64,000 nucleotides of DNA. Origin: a virus. The position numbers were made by a program, and so were the translations under genes. The notes below the pieces were generated by a model. It searched no databases. It saw nothing but the letters and a program-made list of their open reading frames with translations, and had not been told where the DNA came from. Positions 1 to 8,690 of the stretch are shown in pieces. Location: IMG/VR virus record IMGVR_UViG_3300042520_001372; one strand, 5' to 3'. Positions within the stretch are counted from its first letter, which is position 1. Each line of letters begins with the position of its first letter.

Positions 1-88
1 GCGGAAGATGTAGGATTCGAACCTACGGATGCTTTTCAACATCTTTAGTTTTCAAGACTAACGCAATCGGCCACTCTGCCAATCTTCC
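1..88 (-). tRNA. tRNA-Ser(TGA)
   Basis: Reverse complement GGAAGATTGGCAGAGTGG...TTAGT-CTTGAAA-ACTAA, long variable arm, GGTTCGAATCC, acceptor GGAAGAT/ATCTTCC; 3' end at window edge. Confidence 0.95.
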
Positions 89-310
89 AATTTGTGTAAG
101 GTTCCGTTACTTACACGTGCAACATATTTAATGAGAGTGTTTTCGTTCTTGTTGCTTCCCCCTCACGAACACCGGATTTTGTAAAAGAAAAGCTTCGGGT
201 CTTTCAGGGTTTCTGATTAAGTGCAATGAGTGACGCCTACCTACTATTAACCCTTTTTCAGTATTTAAAACACTCTACCTCTCAATTACAGCTTCACTAC
301 TTTTCCTTTG

Positions 311-381
311 TTGCGGACGACAGACTCGAACTATCAACTCTGGGTTATGAGCCCAATATGTTACCATTACACCAATCCGCG
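311..381 (-). tRNA. tRNA-Met(CAT), initiator (fMet)-type
   Basis: CGCGGAT...TTGGG-CTCATAA-CCCAG...GTTCGAGT...GTCCGCAA; C1:A72 mismatch and three G-C pairs in the anticodon stem. Confidence 0.9.
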
Positions 382-410
382 ATTAATTTTTATACGTCAA
401 AGAACTACTT

Positions 411-487
411 TGGTGATCCTGACAGGATTCGAACCTGTGACCTACTGCTTAGAAGGCAGTTGCTCTATCCAGCTGAGCTACAAGATC
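411..487 (-). tRNA. tRNA-Arg(TCT)
   Basis: GATCTTGTAGCTCAGCTGGATAGAGC ACTGC-CTTCTAA-GCAGT ... GGTTCGAATCC...ACCA with encoded CCA. Confidence 0.96.
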
Positions 488-495
488 GGATCAGA

Positions 496-678
496 TTAAT
501 TATCTGACTTTAATTTTTCAACCTCCATGTGGAGTGAATCAGCATGAGCTTCTGAACTCTCAATAAGAGAATCGGTAGCGATAGAATCAACAGAAGTTGA
601 ATCCGTAGAAGTGGTTGAGGTCTCGTTCGAGCAAGCTGCTAAAACGACCATCACGGCGATATAGATTAGTTTTTTCAT
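496..678 (-). CDS. small Ser/Thr-rich lipoprotein
   Basis: Signal peptide with lipobox LAAC; lies between tRNA genes. Confidence 0.75.
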   Translation of the reverse strand: MKKLIYIAVMVVLAACSNETSTTSTDSTSVDSIATDSLIESSEAHADSLHMEVEKLKSDN

Positions 679-682
679 AAGT

Positions 683-771
683 TGGTACTACTGGCCGGGG
701 TCGAACCGGCACTTGCTTTACGGCAAACGGGATTTTAAGTCCCGCGGGTCTACCTATTCCCCCACAGTAGC
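683..771 (-). tRNA. tRNA-Leu(TAA)
   Basis: GCTACTGTGGGGGAATAGGTAGACCCG CGGGA-CTTAAAA-TCCCG, long variable arm, GGTTCGACCCC, encoded CCA. Confidence 0.95.
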
Positions 772-836
772 ATTCTAGTTCGCCTTACAGGTATATATAT
801 AAATATACGAATAACAAATAAACAGGGCAAGCCTTT

Positions 837-1466
837 TTAATAAATAATTGATTCACCGGCATAAAAATCTTTACCAAAGTATTCAACTGCTTTGACAGCA
901 GTCTCAAAGTCTACCTCAAAGAACTCCCGGGCATGACCCTGGTCAGAGTCTCTACGAAATTCCTGCAGGTGACGATGGACCAGGTTTTCAACCTTATAGT
1001 CATTGGTGACCGGTAGAGCATACCTTAAGATCCATTCGGACACGGTACCGGCCGAATTGATACCGTTGATCCTTGTCTCCGGGTTTACTGCCTTACCGAC
1101 CTTACATAAGTTAGGATATGCCTCATTGGTTAAGACGTAGACATACTTACCTGAAGTCTCAGCTCTTTCTCTGTCTTGTAACTTAAGTTTATCTTTAGCA
1201 TATAAAAGTATCCAAGTGATAGAGCCGCCGCCGTCATTAGAGCGTACCTCTATATCGGATACATACTCACATCCTATGAAGTCTAAAACACTTTCCGAAG
1301 GTATCCGGGGGTACTTTAAAAGTAATTTCTGAAAGTTGTTATAGTATTCAGGTAGTTTACCGGGTACGTTAGGTACCGTACTTGGGTTCAACATGCAATA
1401 TATCCTAACGAACCCTTGGGATTCAAGCATTGCTAATTCAAACAAACTAATGTGAGATCTTCTCAT
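837..1466 (-). CDS. GIY-YIG (T5orf172-like) nuclease domain protein
   Basis: C-terminal YVYVLTN...KVG...R...E.LVH...REFF motif; start moved to MRRSH downstream of the promoter motif at about 1482-1493. Confidence 0.75.
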   Translation of the reverse strand: MRRSHISLFELAMLESQGFVRIYCMLNPSTVPNVPGKLPEYYNNFQKLLLKYPRIPSESVLDFIGCEYVSDIEVRSNDGGGSITWILLYAKDKLKLQDRERAETSGKYVYVLTNEAYPNLCKVGKAVNPETRINGINSAGTVSEWILRYALPVTNDYKVENLVHRHLQEFRRDSDQGHAREFFEVDFETAVKAVEYFGKDFYAGESIIY

Positions 1467-1856
1467 AACCTTTATTGTATGTAAATATACGAAGATATAC
1501 TTATATAACCAACTATGCACTAAAAATCTTCCGGAAAAAAAAATTGAGTCTATGGGTTTTCTGACCTAGGTTACAATTTGGAATTCATAGGGGTAGTTTG
1601 GTTATCCAAGTGTTATCACCATATTCATACTATTCATTATAAGTTACATTGTCTTTTAAAAAGACTTTGGGAGATACCTACCTTGTACTTATTATGTTAT
1701 TATATAGATATATACATTATATACTAGGATTTTGTCGGAAAAATACGCGTAGGTCTGGCTACGAGCTAACCGTATACCTACTATAGTGATATTAACTACA
1801 CTTGTATTGAGTACGTACATCGTACCTACTACCTACCTACTACCGTCTGCCTAAGA

Positions 1857-1882
1857 CAGAAAGAGCCGACCGTAGCCGACTC
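1857..1882 (-). terminator. intrinsic terminator closing the early region
   Basis: GAGTCGGC-TACG-GTCGGCTC-TTTC, C(UACG)G tetraloop. Confidence 0.7.
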
Positions 1883-1905
1883 CCCCCTATATGAAAACTA
1901 AAGGT

Positions 1906-2004
1906 TTAAATGTTATATAGAGCAACCACTACTATGGCTCCTATCATTGATGCTCCAAAGAGGTATAGACCTCCTATGATTGATTCTTTAATTAGATTTT
2001 TCAT
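1906..2004 (-). CDS. 32-aa membrane micropeptide (not in ORF track)
   Basis: MKNLIKESIIGGLYLFGASMIGAIVVVALYNI; overlaps the stop of the upstream gene; followed by terminator. Confidence 0.55.
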   Translation of the reverse strand: MKNLIKESIIGGLYLFGASMIGAIVVVALYNI

Positions 2005-2194
2005 CGGCTAAGTATATTGCGTTACATTTAGGACATCCAGCTTCATTTAAGATACTAGCATGGTTTGAACTTAGAGCTGGAGTACCACATAGGTTTCCTG
2101 TTCCTGATTTGTAGATGTGAGCAGTGTTGCTCCATACGTTACCTTTGTTCCCAAAGATTGTGTAGTTTGGTTTTAGTTCTGTTTTGTTTATCAT
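1988..2194 (-). CDS. hypothetical early protein, His/Cys (Zn-finger-like)
   Basis: AH...LCG...CPKC; own promoter at 2209. Confidence 0.75.
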   Translation of the reverse strand: MINKTELKPNYTIFGNKGNVWSNTAHIYKSGTGNLCGTPALSSNHASILNEAGCPKCNAIYLADEKSN

Positions 2195-2263
2195 AACCTT
2201 TTCTTTTGATACCTAAAGATAAGAAGAAAGGCTGGTTAATCCAACCTTTCCTCAAACTTTTTT

Positions 2264-2527
2264 TTAAAGAGTTATTTGGTGTAAGGTGGGGTCGTTAATG
2301 AGTATGTCGGATAAAGACTGACCGTTGTCGGTGCGTCCATTTTGATATATGATATTGTCTTCGAATAAGTTTAATACATAGGATGTTGGTATTAAGGTTT
2401 CGTCGTTATGGGTAATAGAAGGGGCGTTTTTAAATGTGTCTAAAAAGTCGTCTTGGCGACCGTAGAGGGAATAAAGTAATTGAGATTTTTTAAAGTAAGT
2501 AGTTTGGTTGTTTATTTTTTTCTCCAT
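2264..2527 (-). CDS. hypothetical early protein (leaderless)
   Basis: ATG directly abuts the promoter motif. Confidence 0.75.
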   Translation of the reverse strand: MEKKINNQTTYFKKSQLLYSLYGRQDDFLDTFKNAPSITHNDETLIPTSYVLNLFEDNIIYQNGRTDNGQSLSDILINDPTLHQITL

Positions 2528-2578
2528 ACCTAAAGATACGAATAAGGGAGGGAGTTTCCAACCCTCCCCTAATCTTTT

Positions 2579-2863
2579 TTAATTCTTTTTCTTTACTGGC
2601 TTTGCTGTTAGACCTGCCTTCTTCAAAGCAAAATAAACATCTGAGTACTTCACTCCAAGCTCCTTAGCAATCTCTCTGGTGGTCAAAGACCCATCTGCCA
2701 TCTCAACGATGCGAGGATCAACCGGCTTCTTCTCTCTCTTCTGAGCTGTTAGCCCGGTTAAGAATTTGATCAAGTCTTCCTTCTTGGTTTGACTAGCCTT
2801 CTGGAGACCTTTGGTAGTAGCTTCTGCTACTAGTTCTTTGTAAGATAATGTTTGAATGTTCAT
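2579..2863 (-). CDS. HTH DNA-binding protein
   Basis: C-terminal LTTREIAKELGVKYSDVYFALKK helix-turn-helix; basic. Confidence 0.7.
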   Translation of the reverse strand: MNIQTLSYKELVAEATTKGLQKASQTKKEDLIKFLTGLTAQKREKKPVDPRIVEMADGSLTTREIAKELGVKYSDVYFALKKAGLTAKPVKKKN

Positions 2864-2942
2864 AACCTATTTTTTTGTTTCTTTTTTATTATACCTAAAG
2901 ATAAGAAGAAGCCTCCGAAGAGGCAACTCTTTTTTTTATTAT

Positions 2943-3194
2943 TTAGCTAAGCCAAACCATCATTGTGCCTGCATCGTACCACTCAAAGTACCATCCGTTC
3001 TCTTCAACGAAGTCGTTCAATTTAGGCTGTACTCCGAAGGTATCCATCCATCTCTCAGAGTAGTAGTCGAACAGGCTTGGATGAGACTCTCCTGATATCC
3101 AAATACCTTCTCCACCAATGCCGAACTCTTCTGTTGTTCCTACTACATGAACTCCTTTTTCTCGGAGTGCTAAAATCATTCTGTCTCTTGTCAT
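2943..3194 (-). CDS. hypothetical early protein
   Basis: Start corrected to MTRDRM after the promoter at 3214 and A-rich leader AAAAGGTTATG. Confidence 0.75.
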   Translation of the reverse strand: MTRDRMILALREKGVHVVGTTEEFGIGGEGIWISGESHPSLFDYYSERWMDTFGVQPKLNDFVEENGWYFEWYDAGTMMVWLS

Positions 3195-3289
3195 AACCTT
3201 TTTTATTTCTTTGATACCTAAAGATACGAAAACAAAAGCAGGGGACCTACTGGCCCCCAAACTTTTTATCAAAAGAAAATAAAGGTTTC

Positions 3290-4072
3290 TTATTTGTAGA
3301 TGGTCTTTCTAAAATTACCCATCACGTACTCCATTTTGATTCCCTCATGCGTAACAATTCGGTCTTCTTTCTCCACTCTCTTACCGCTGCCATCCTCTTC
3401 ATAGCTCCAATCATATTGAACGTATGTAACTTCTAAATCAACAGTTTTACCAGATTTAGTTGCTTTAACGATTTTTAATTTCTTTACTAGATAAGAAGTC
3501 CATTGGCGATTAAACTCAAAGCATAGATCTGAATTCCACTCCATTCCCTCTCCGTTCAATTTATCGATAATATCTTGCTTTCTAGCTTCTTGCATCTGAT
3601 AATCCTTCTGCTTAATTTCTGATGAAAGAATTTCATATTCGGAAGCCAGAGCAGCTAATTCTACCTTCTTACTATAAGGAGTTGCAAACGCTTCTTTAAT
3701 ACTATCCATATCATTAAGCATCCTTTCAGCAACCTTACCATTGAAAATTAATCTCCTGAATTCAAATTCATCCTCACATATAGTAGCGTAAGTATTAAAG
3801 TAATACTTCCTATCCTTATCTTCATCTCTCCAATAGCTCCTCTCAGTAATGCTCCCAATCTCCTTATGCCCAATCTTAAAATACATCCCACTATACCCCA
3901 TCTCAACAGCAACATCTGCATAAGATACTAATTCATCTGCAAATAGTTTCTCAAAGATTGCCTTCTTTTCTTCCTTAGCTTCCTTCTCAAGAGCCGAACA
4001 AGTAACTTCGATTACATCTCTTTTCTCAATAAGAGCTGCTTTAACGATTTCTAAACTTTCATTTTTTGTCAT
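3290..4072 (-). CDS. hypothetical early coiled-coil protein
   Basis: 260 aa; promoter at 4098. Confidence 0.8.
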   Translation of the reverse strand: MTKNESLEIVKAALIEKRDVIEVTCSALEKEAKEEKKAIFEKLFADELVSYADVAVEMGYSGMYFKIGHKEIGSITERSYWRDEDKDRKYYFNTYATICEDEFEFRRLIFNGKVAERMLNDMDSIKEAFATPYSKKVELAALASEYEILSSEIKQKDYQMQEARKQDIIDKLNGEGMEWNSDLCFEFNRQWTSYLVKKLKIVKATKSGKTVDLEVTYVQYDWSYEEDGSGKRVEKEDRIVTHEGIKMEYVMGNFRKTIYK

Positions 4073-4115
4073 AACCTTTTTTTTATTTCTTTTTTCTATA
4101 CCTAAAGATATGAAA

Positions 4116-4355
4116 TTAATCTTCTGGAGGCAACCCTAATCCTAACTTTTTTGCTAAAATTATCGCTGCATCTTTCTGCTCCTCTGAAGGCTCTGGGAAC
4201 TTATGCCCCAGGTTGTAGAGCTCTTCATATAGCTCCTGCAAGTGTCTCTCAGTCGGAGACCCCCAAAAGTCTTTGCATGTAACAAAAGCGTCACCATATA
4301 GCAAGGCAGCAATCTCAAACAGATCTTCTCTCTTCTCTAATAACTCTTCTATCAT
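4116..4355 (-). CDS. hypothetical early protein (leaderless)
   Basis: ATG abuts promoter at 4354. Confidence 0.7.
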   Translation of the reverse strand: MIEELLEKREDLFEIAALLYGDAFVTCKDFWGSPTERHLQELYEELYNLGHKFPEPSEEQKDAAIILAKKLGLGLPPED

Positions 4356-4357
4356 AT

Positions 4358-4576
4358 CTAAAGATAAGAAATATTTATCGGGATAGCAACCTTTGCCTGC
4401 AAATCCTCTACCGAGCCTTCTAAGCCGGGAGGGTCAAGCCTCTCCATGCACTCTTTAAAAGAGCCTGTGAAGAGGATGCTGCAGTATCTAGCCGGCATGG
4501 CTTTCACACCGGCTATTGCAAACATTCTATTCCCGCAGTGGTTTATATAATCGTAGTAGTTAAATATGGAATCCAT
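4358..4576 (-). CDS. hypothetical protein
   Basis: MDSIFNYY start overlapping the upstream gene end. Confidence 0.55.
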   Translation of the reverse strand: MDSIFNYYDYINHCGNRMFAIAGVKAMPARYCSILFTGSFKECMERLDPPGLEGSVEDLQAKVAIPINISYL

Positions 4577-5099
4577 ATTCCCTTCCTGCAACTAAATTAG
4601 TTAACAAGTAATCATCCCCGGTCAAGAATAATTGACGAAGCATCTGCTCTTCCATCCCTACACTCCGAATGATATACTCCATAGTCTCCCCGTCAACATC
4701 CATATGCTTAAGCATGCTAATAATCTCTTCAACCATTCCAGGGTGACTCTTCATCTGCATAGTATCAGCTTTCTCAAGAATAACCAAATCCTTTAGCTGA
4801 ATTACATAACGGGCATAATCATAACCCTGAGTATCAACCAAGAAGATTTTCTCTTTATAAGTAACCAAGTAGAACTGCTGATCTCCATCCAAAAAGTAAT
4901 CGAAGAATGAGTTCGGGAATTCGACTATCGGAAGACTAGAAACAATCTCTCGAACGCTTTCATGCAATTCATTGAAGTTAATCGATGACCGAACATCATT
5001 CGGATGATTAGGTTTACGTTCATAATCGAGAGTAGGGCGAGTAAGCTTTCTGTACTGCTCGTCAGTAATTGTGTCTGAGAATAATTTTTTGTTTTCCAT
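4560..5099 (-). CDS. hypothetical early protein
   Basis: 179 aa; promoter at 5115. Confidence 0.8.
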   Translation of the reverse strand: MENKKLFSDTITDEQYRKLTRPTLDYERKPNHPNDVRSSINFNELHESVREIVSSLPIVEFPNSFFDYFLDGDQQFYLVTYKEKIFLVDTQGYDYARYVIQLKDLVILEKADTMQMKSHPGMVEEIISMLKHMDVDGETMEYIIRSVGMEEQMLRQLFLTGDDYLLTNLVAGREYGFHI

Positions 5100-5158
5100 A
5101 ACCTTTATTTATCTATACCTAAATATATGAATTATTTTTTAAATAAACAACTTTTTTT

Positions 5159-5254
5159 TTAAACCGCTTTACCGCAATCCCGGCATTTGCGTAATATTAA
5201 CCCTGATACGTGTCTTACTGCAACGTAGGTGGTTTTATGTTGACATGCTTTCAT
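5159..5254 (-). CDS. 31-aa Zn-ribbon micro-protein (not in ORF track)
   Basis: MKACQHKTTYVAVRHVSGLILRKCRDCGKAV; CxH...CxxC. Confidence 0.55.
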   Translation of the reverse strand: MKACQHKTTYVAVRHVSGLILRKCRDCGKAV

Positions 5255-5259
5255 AGCTC

Positions 5260-5511
5260 TTAGAATTTATCTTGATAAGCAAACTCTCCATGCTCGTTGA
5301 ATGCATCAACCATGCTTTCAATTCTTTGAACATCATCATCATCCAACTCCAGAATGATTGAGTAATTATCCTCATCAACAATATCAACATCAAGAACTTT
5401 CGTTCCTTCTGGGTTCATAAATTCTTTATACCAGACATGACGTGTATTATCCATCATGATGTAGTAAGTTCGAACAGTGATTTGTTCTTCGTGATTTTCT
5501 AATATCTTCAT
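5260..5511 (-). CDS. hypothetical acidic early protein
   Basis: Promoter at 5527; D/E-rich. Confidence 0.75.
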   Translation of the reverse strand: MKILENHEEQITVRTYYIMMDNTRHVWYKEFMNPEGTKVLDVDIVDEDNYSIILELDDDDVQRIESMVDAFNEHGEFAYQDKF

Positions 5512-5554
5512 AACCTTTATTTTAATATACCTAAATATAAGAAATATAATTCAA

Positions 5555-5845
5555 TTAACCAACTACTTCCAAAGTAATTTTAATTTTAGCTACTCGGCAA
5601 GCTTCAAACATCTCTGCTTGATTTCTGTAATGTTCCACACTCTTTAAACAAAACTCTAGATACTCTGGGTAAGATTCACCATATGCTTTTGCATTCTTTT
5701 CATGAAATTTAGCTTCTTCAATCCATTTCTTAAGATTGTTCTCTGCTGTTTCTTTCTTAGAGAACATATCCTTGTTGGTAAACATGTTCAAGATTTCTCC
5801 TTCTGGAGTAATAGCAGCATACTTAAATTTTGTATCTATTTTCAT
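5555..5845 (-). CDS. hypothetical early protein
   Basis: Start corrected to MKIDTKF (AAGGTTATG). Confidence 0.7.
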   Translation of the reverse strand: MKIDTKFKYAAITPEGEILNMFTNKDMFSKKETAENNLKKWIEEAKFHEKNAKAYGESYPEYLEFCLKSVEHYRNQAEMFEACRVAKIKITLEVVG

Positions 5846-5850
5846 AACCT

Positions 5851-6027
5851 TTAATTTTCTTCTCCTTGAATGATTAATTGAACAAACCCGTCTTCTTCCT
5901 GGATGTGACACTCCTCGGAAACGAATTCTATTGTCTCTCCAAACCCATACTCAACCAGACCAACAAACTCAATTTCTGATTCTGGATTCTGTTTCTGTAA
6001 TTCTAATATCAAGTCCTTTATTTTCAT
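5851..6027 (-). CDS. 58-aa acidic early protein (leaderless; not in ORF track)
   Basis: MKIKDLILELQKQNPESEIEF...QGEEN; ATG abuts promoter at 6026. Confidence 0.7.
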   Translation of the reverse strand: MKIKDLILELQKQNPESEIEFVGLVEYGFGETIEFVSEECHIQEEDGFVQLIIQGEEN

Positions 6028-6070
6028 ACCTAAAGATAAGAATTATTTTTTTATTAAACAACTTTATTTT

Positions 6071-6253
6071 TCAATACCAACTCTCATTAATAACCACGTG
6101 ATTGTATCTGATATTGTCATTCTTGTCTCTATTCCAGACTTTGACCTCACAGTAGATATTGTTCTTACCATTCTGGTAGCCGACTACCTCATACATGTCA
6201 GCCACCTCCTTCAGATGCTTCCATCTAGACCTACTTATCCTGCTGTAGTTCAT
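6071..6253 (-). CDS. hypothetical protein
   Basis: ATGA overlap with the upstream gene. Confidence 0.65.
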   Translation of the reverse strand: MNYSRISRSRWKHLKEVADMYEVVGYQNGKNNIYCEVKVWNRDKNDNIRYNHVVINESWY

Positions 6254-6468
6254 TTCGCAATCTCTAGCTCCATAGTAGACCCATCCATGAACCGGACCAT
6301 AGTCCCCATAAGCTGAGCGTAAGTATAAATGTTACAATCGAAATCCTGATAAAGAGTTTCCCTCTTATAGGAGCTTGTCAATTCAAGTTTCAATTTATCT
6401 GAAGAAGCAATCTCAAGCTTCCTTCCTTCATCTGTAATGGGCCTGTAACCAACGACTAGCTTTATCAT
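6250..6468 (-). CDS. hypothetical early protein
   Basis: Promoter at 6481. Confidence 0.7.
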   Translation of the reverse strand: MIKLVVGYRPITDEGRKLEIASSDKLKLELTSSYKRETLYQDFDCNIYTYAQLMGTMVRFMDGSTMELEIAK

Positions 6469-6504
6469 AACCTTTTTTCTATACCTAAAGATACGAAAGC
6501 TGGT

Positions 6505-6780
6505 TCAAAGAACCAACTCTCCATCCTTAAAAACGTAAATATTTTTGTCTGCTTTAATCTCGTGAATAGTATTAGCATTAATCATCCTGAATGCTTCTTT
6601 CTGCATATCAAAGACAACGACCAATCCTTTCTCAGAGGGATTGTAAGACATTCCAACTCCTTTGACTCCTTTAGTAACACCCCTACGAGCATTCATCAAT
6701 CTGATTGAACCATCCTTCTTTGTGAAGGAAACTGTGAAGATCTTATCTCCTAGCAATTCTATAACCTTATTAACTTCCAT
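6505..6780 (-). CDS. SH3 beta-barrel / WYL-like (DUF2693-like) protein
   Basis: FTVSFTKKDGSIR...VFD...FR pattern; leaderless. Confidence 0.7.
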   Translation of the reverse strand: MEVNKVIELLGDKIFTVSFTKKDGSIRLMNARRGVTKGVKGVGMSYNPSEKGLVVVFDMQKEAFRMINANTIHEIKADKNIYVFKDGELVL

Positions 6781-6806
6781 ACCTAAAGATAAGAATTATA
6801 TTTCAA

Positions 6807-7115
6807 TTAACCAACAAAAAGTCCCATTTTATGCATTTCATTTTTTGCCTGGAAAGCAATTCGGCTCGAATCTGCTCCGATGTGAAAATCCAAAACCTCA
6901 TCCTCACCAATGGGGCGATAATTTTTCCAATCGTAAACCGTGAATACATCTCCGTCGGGAGTTTCCAAATTGTAATCGATGTTGGTTTTATCCTCCCCGT
7001 CATTACTCTCCCATTGCGGATCTCCGAATGCTGCTCTCAACCTACCCAAGGTCGTTTTAATCGTAATGCCGTGGAAGGAAGTCTCATCGGTGGATTTATT
7101 TGTCTTTTTAACCAT
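6807..7115 (-). CDS. hypothetical early protein (leaderless)
   Basis: Start corrected to MVKKTN at the promoter; FG.P...DK...FTVYDWK...FHIG pattern seen in phage proteins. Confidence 0.75.
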   Translation of the reverse strand: MVKKTNKSTDETSFHGITIKTTLGRLRAAFGDPQWESNDGEDKTNIDYNLETPDGDVFTVYDWKNYRPIGEDEVLDFHIGADSSRIAFQAKNEMHKMGLFVG

Positions 7116-7557
7116 ACCTAAATATACGAAAAAAAAGGGAGGGAACCAACCCTCCCCTAATCTTTTTTTAAGCTTCAACATCGCCGAACCCGGCATTGTC
7201 TGTTAACTCCATCGCTTCATCTAAAATACCGTGTATCTTATCAGGGTCAGCAAGACCCGAAACATAATCCCCAAAGGTGTCTTCCTTGATCTGACATTGA
7301 TTAAGGTCCTTAGCTACAGAGAACATAATATACTCTGGATCTGGAACTACTTCCCCTGTCAGCATGTGTCTCATCAATAAAGATGGTGAAATTAGTTTAG
7401 TAGTAATAGCGTTAGCCATAGCGTGGCATTCAACACCGTAAGTCTCTTTAACTAATTTGTGAATGCTTAGTACATGTTCGTTGTACTCCACAAGTGTTTT
7501 TTTATTTTCTCCCATACCTAAATATACGAAAAAAAAGGGAGGGAACCAACCCTCCCC
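7112..7557. repeat. identical 46-bp direct repeats (7112-7157 and 7512-7557) flanking one gene
   Basis: CCATACCTAAATATACGAAAAAAAAGGGAGGGAACCAACCCTCCCC twice, 400 bp apart. Confidence 0.9.
7168..7515 (-). CDS. hypothetical early protein (leaderless)
   Basis: Start corrected to MGENKK. Confidence 0.75.
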   Translation of the reverse strand: MGENKKTLVEYNEHVLSIHKLVKETYGVECHAMANAITTKLISPSLLMRHMLTGEVVPDPEYIMFSVAKDLNQCQIKEDTFGDYVSGLADPDKIHGILDEAMELTDNAGFGDVEA

Positions 7558-7566
7558 CAATTTTTT

Positions 7567-7917
7567 TTAATCTTCGTTTCCTGCCTCCTCTAAAACATCC
7601 CAAAGAGCTTCCAATGAATCAACAGCTGAATCAATTAAGAAATCCTCATCAATCGCAATTCTATCAATCTCAATTTTATTATCATAACCAATACTTAACT
7701 CAAATTGATCCTTATCAGCAACATCATCCCAATCTTTCTCTGAAAGCATTTGTCGGAAAGTAGTTAGGAGAACATCCTTATCAATTACTTGCTTTGGAGC
7801 TTCATCCTGCATTTCTGCAGATAAATCTGCTAACAACTTAATTACATCATCTTTAGTAAAGATGGAAGGGTAGCTGTTGGAAACCCTGTCGATTGCGTTT
7901 TTAATATTGTTTATCAT
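7567..7917 (-). CDS. hypothetical acidic early protein
   Basis: Promoter at 7940; S.PSIFTKDDV motif; strongly acidic C-terminal half. Confidence 0.75.
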   Translation of the reverse strand: MINNIKNAIDRVSNSYPSIFTKDDVIKLLADLSAEMQDEAPKQVIDKDVLLTTFRQMLSEKDWDDVADKDQFELSIGYDNKIEIDRIAIDEDFLIDSAVDSLEALWDVLEEAGNED

Positions 7918-7964
7918 AACCTTTTTTTATTTCTTTTCTATACCTAAAGATACGAATCTTCTCT

Positions 7965-8144
7965 TTAATAACCAACTTTTATTTTATTTTTTTCCTCAAC
8001 ATAAATGTTAAGAATGTTAGAAGCTCCTTCGTAGTTACCGCTAGTCAACATCATTGTTGATAATGCTAAGATTCTAGCCAAGTCTCTCTCCTTTGGAGTC
8101 CTGCTTGTGTCGTCTGCAATAGCTTGTAGTTCTTTATTTCCCAT
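7965..8144 (-). CDS. hypothetical early protein (leaderless)
   Basis: Start corrected to MGNKEL. Confidence 0.65.
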   Translation of the reverse strand: MGNKELQAIADDTSRTPKERDLARILALSTMMLTSGNYEGASNILNIYVEEKNKIKVGY

Positions 8145-8217
8145 ACCTAAAGATACGAATAAGCCTCTAAACAAACAACTAATTTATTTATTCTTTTGTT
8201 GGAAATTAAAATTGTTT

Positions 8218-8288
8218 TTCGTATCTTTAGGATGTCGGAAAGATGGAGTACGAAGGGCGGGGTAAAAACCTGAAGAAATCAGACGTAG
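8218..8288 (+). ncRNA. promoter plus putative structured small RNA, copy A
   Basis: Plus-strand TTCGTATCTTTAGG followed by about 57 nt conserved with 9736-9805. Confidence 0.5.
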
Positions 8289-8314
8289 GCTGTTCTTTAA
8301 AAAAAAATGGTATG

Positions 8315-8343
8315 AAAAAAAACCGACCCCTTTCGGGGCCAGC
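8315..8343 (-). terminator. intrinsic terminator
   Basis: GCTGGCCCC-GAAA-GGGGTCGGT followed by a T run. Confidence 0.8.
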
Positions 8344-8365
8344 TTCTCATATAACTTAAACCAAA

Positions 8366-8593
8366 CTATTGCTCTGTGAGTTCTTTTACCTTCTCATTGT
8401 GAAGCTCAATCATTGCAAAGTAGAGCTCGATGCTTTGGACTCTGGATTTAGAACTTAATCCCAATGTCTGCTTAGCTGCATCCCTAGCTGAGAATCTAGA
8501 CATCTTCATGCCTGTTTTGATTTCAAATTCAAGACCTGTGATGATTGTCTTCAATCTGAAGAGTTCGATGTTGTTTTTTTCTGTGATTATCAT
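8366..8593 (-). CDS. hypothetical early protein
   Basis: Promoter at 8620; GLEFEIKTGMKMSR motif. Confidence 0.75.
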   Translation of the reverse strand: MIITEKNNIELFRLKTIITGLEFEIKTGMKMSRFSARDAAKQTLGLSSKSRVQSIELYFAMIELHNEKVKELTEQ

Positions 8594-8659
8594 AACCTTT
8601 TTTTTATTTCTTTTTTCCTATACCTAAATATACGAATAAGCCTCCAAGGGACCAACTAA

Positions 8660-8690
8660 AATAAAAAAAAAAATGGGCCCGAAGGCCCAC
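8660..8690 (-). terminator. intrinsic terminator
   Basis: TGGGCC-TTCG-GGCCCA plus long T run. Confidence 0.85.

Noticed and set aside
8232-8288. Hammerhead ribozyme (CTGAAGA) or sarcin-ricin loop mimic (AGTACGA) in the duplicated element
   Set aside because: No stem II followed by GAAA; copy B has TTGAAGA; no GNRA loop or flanking SRL helix
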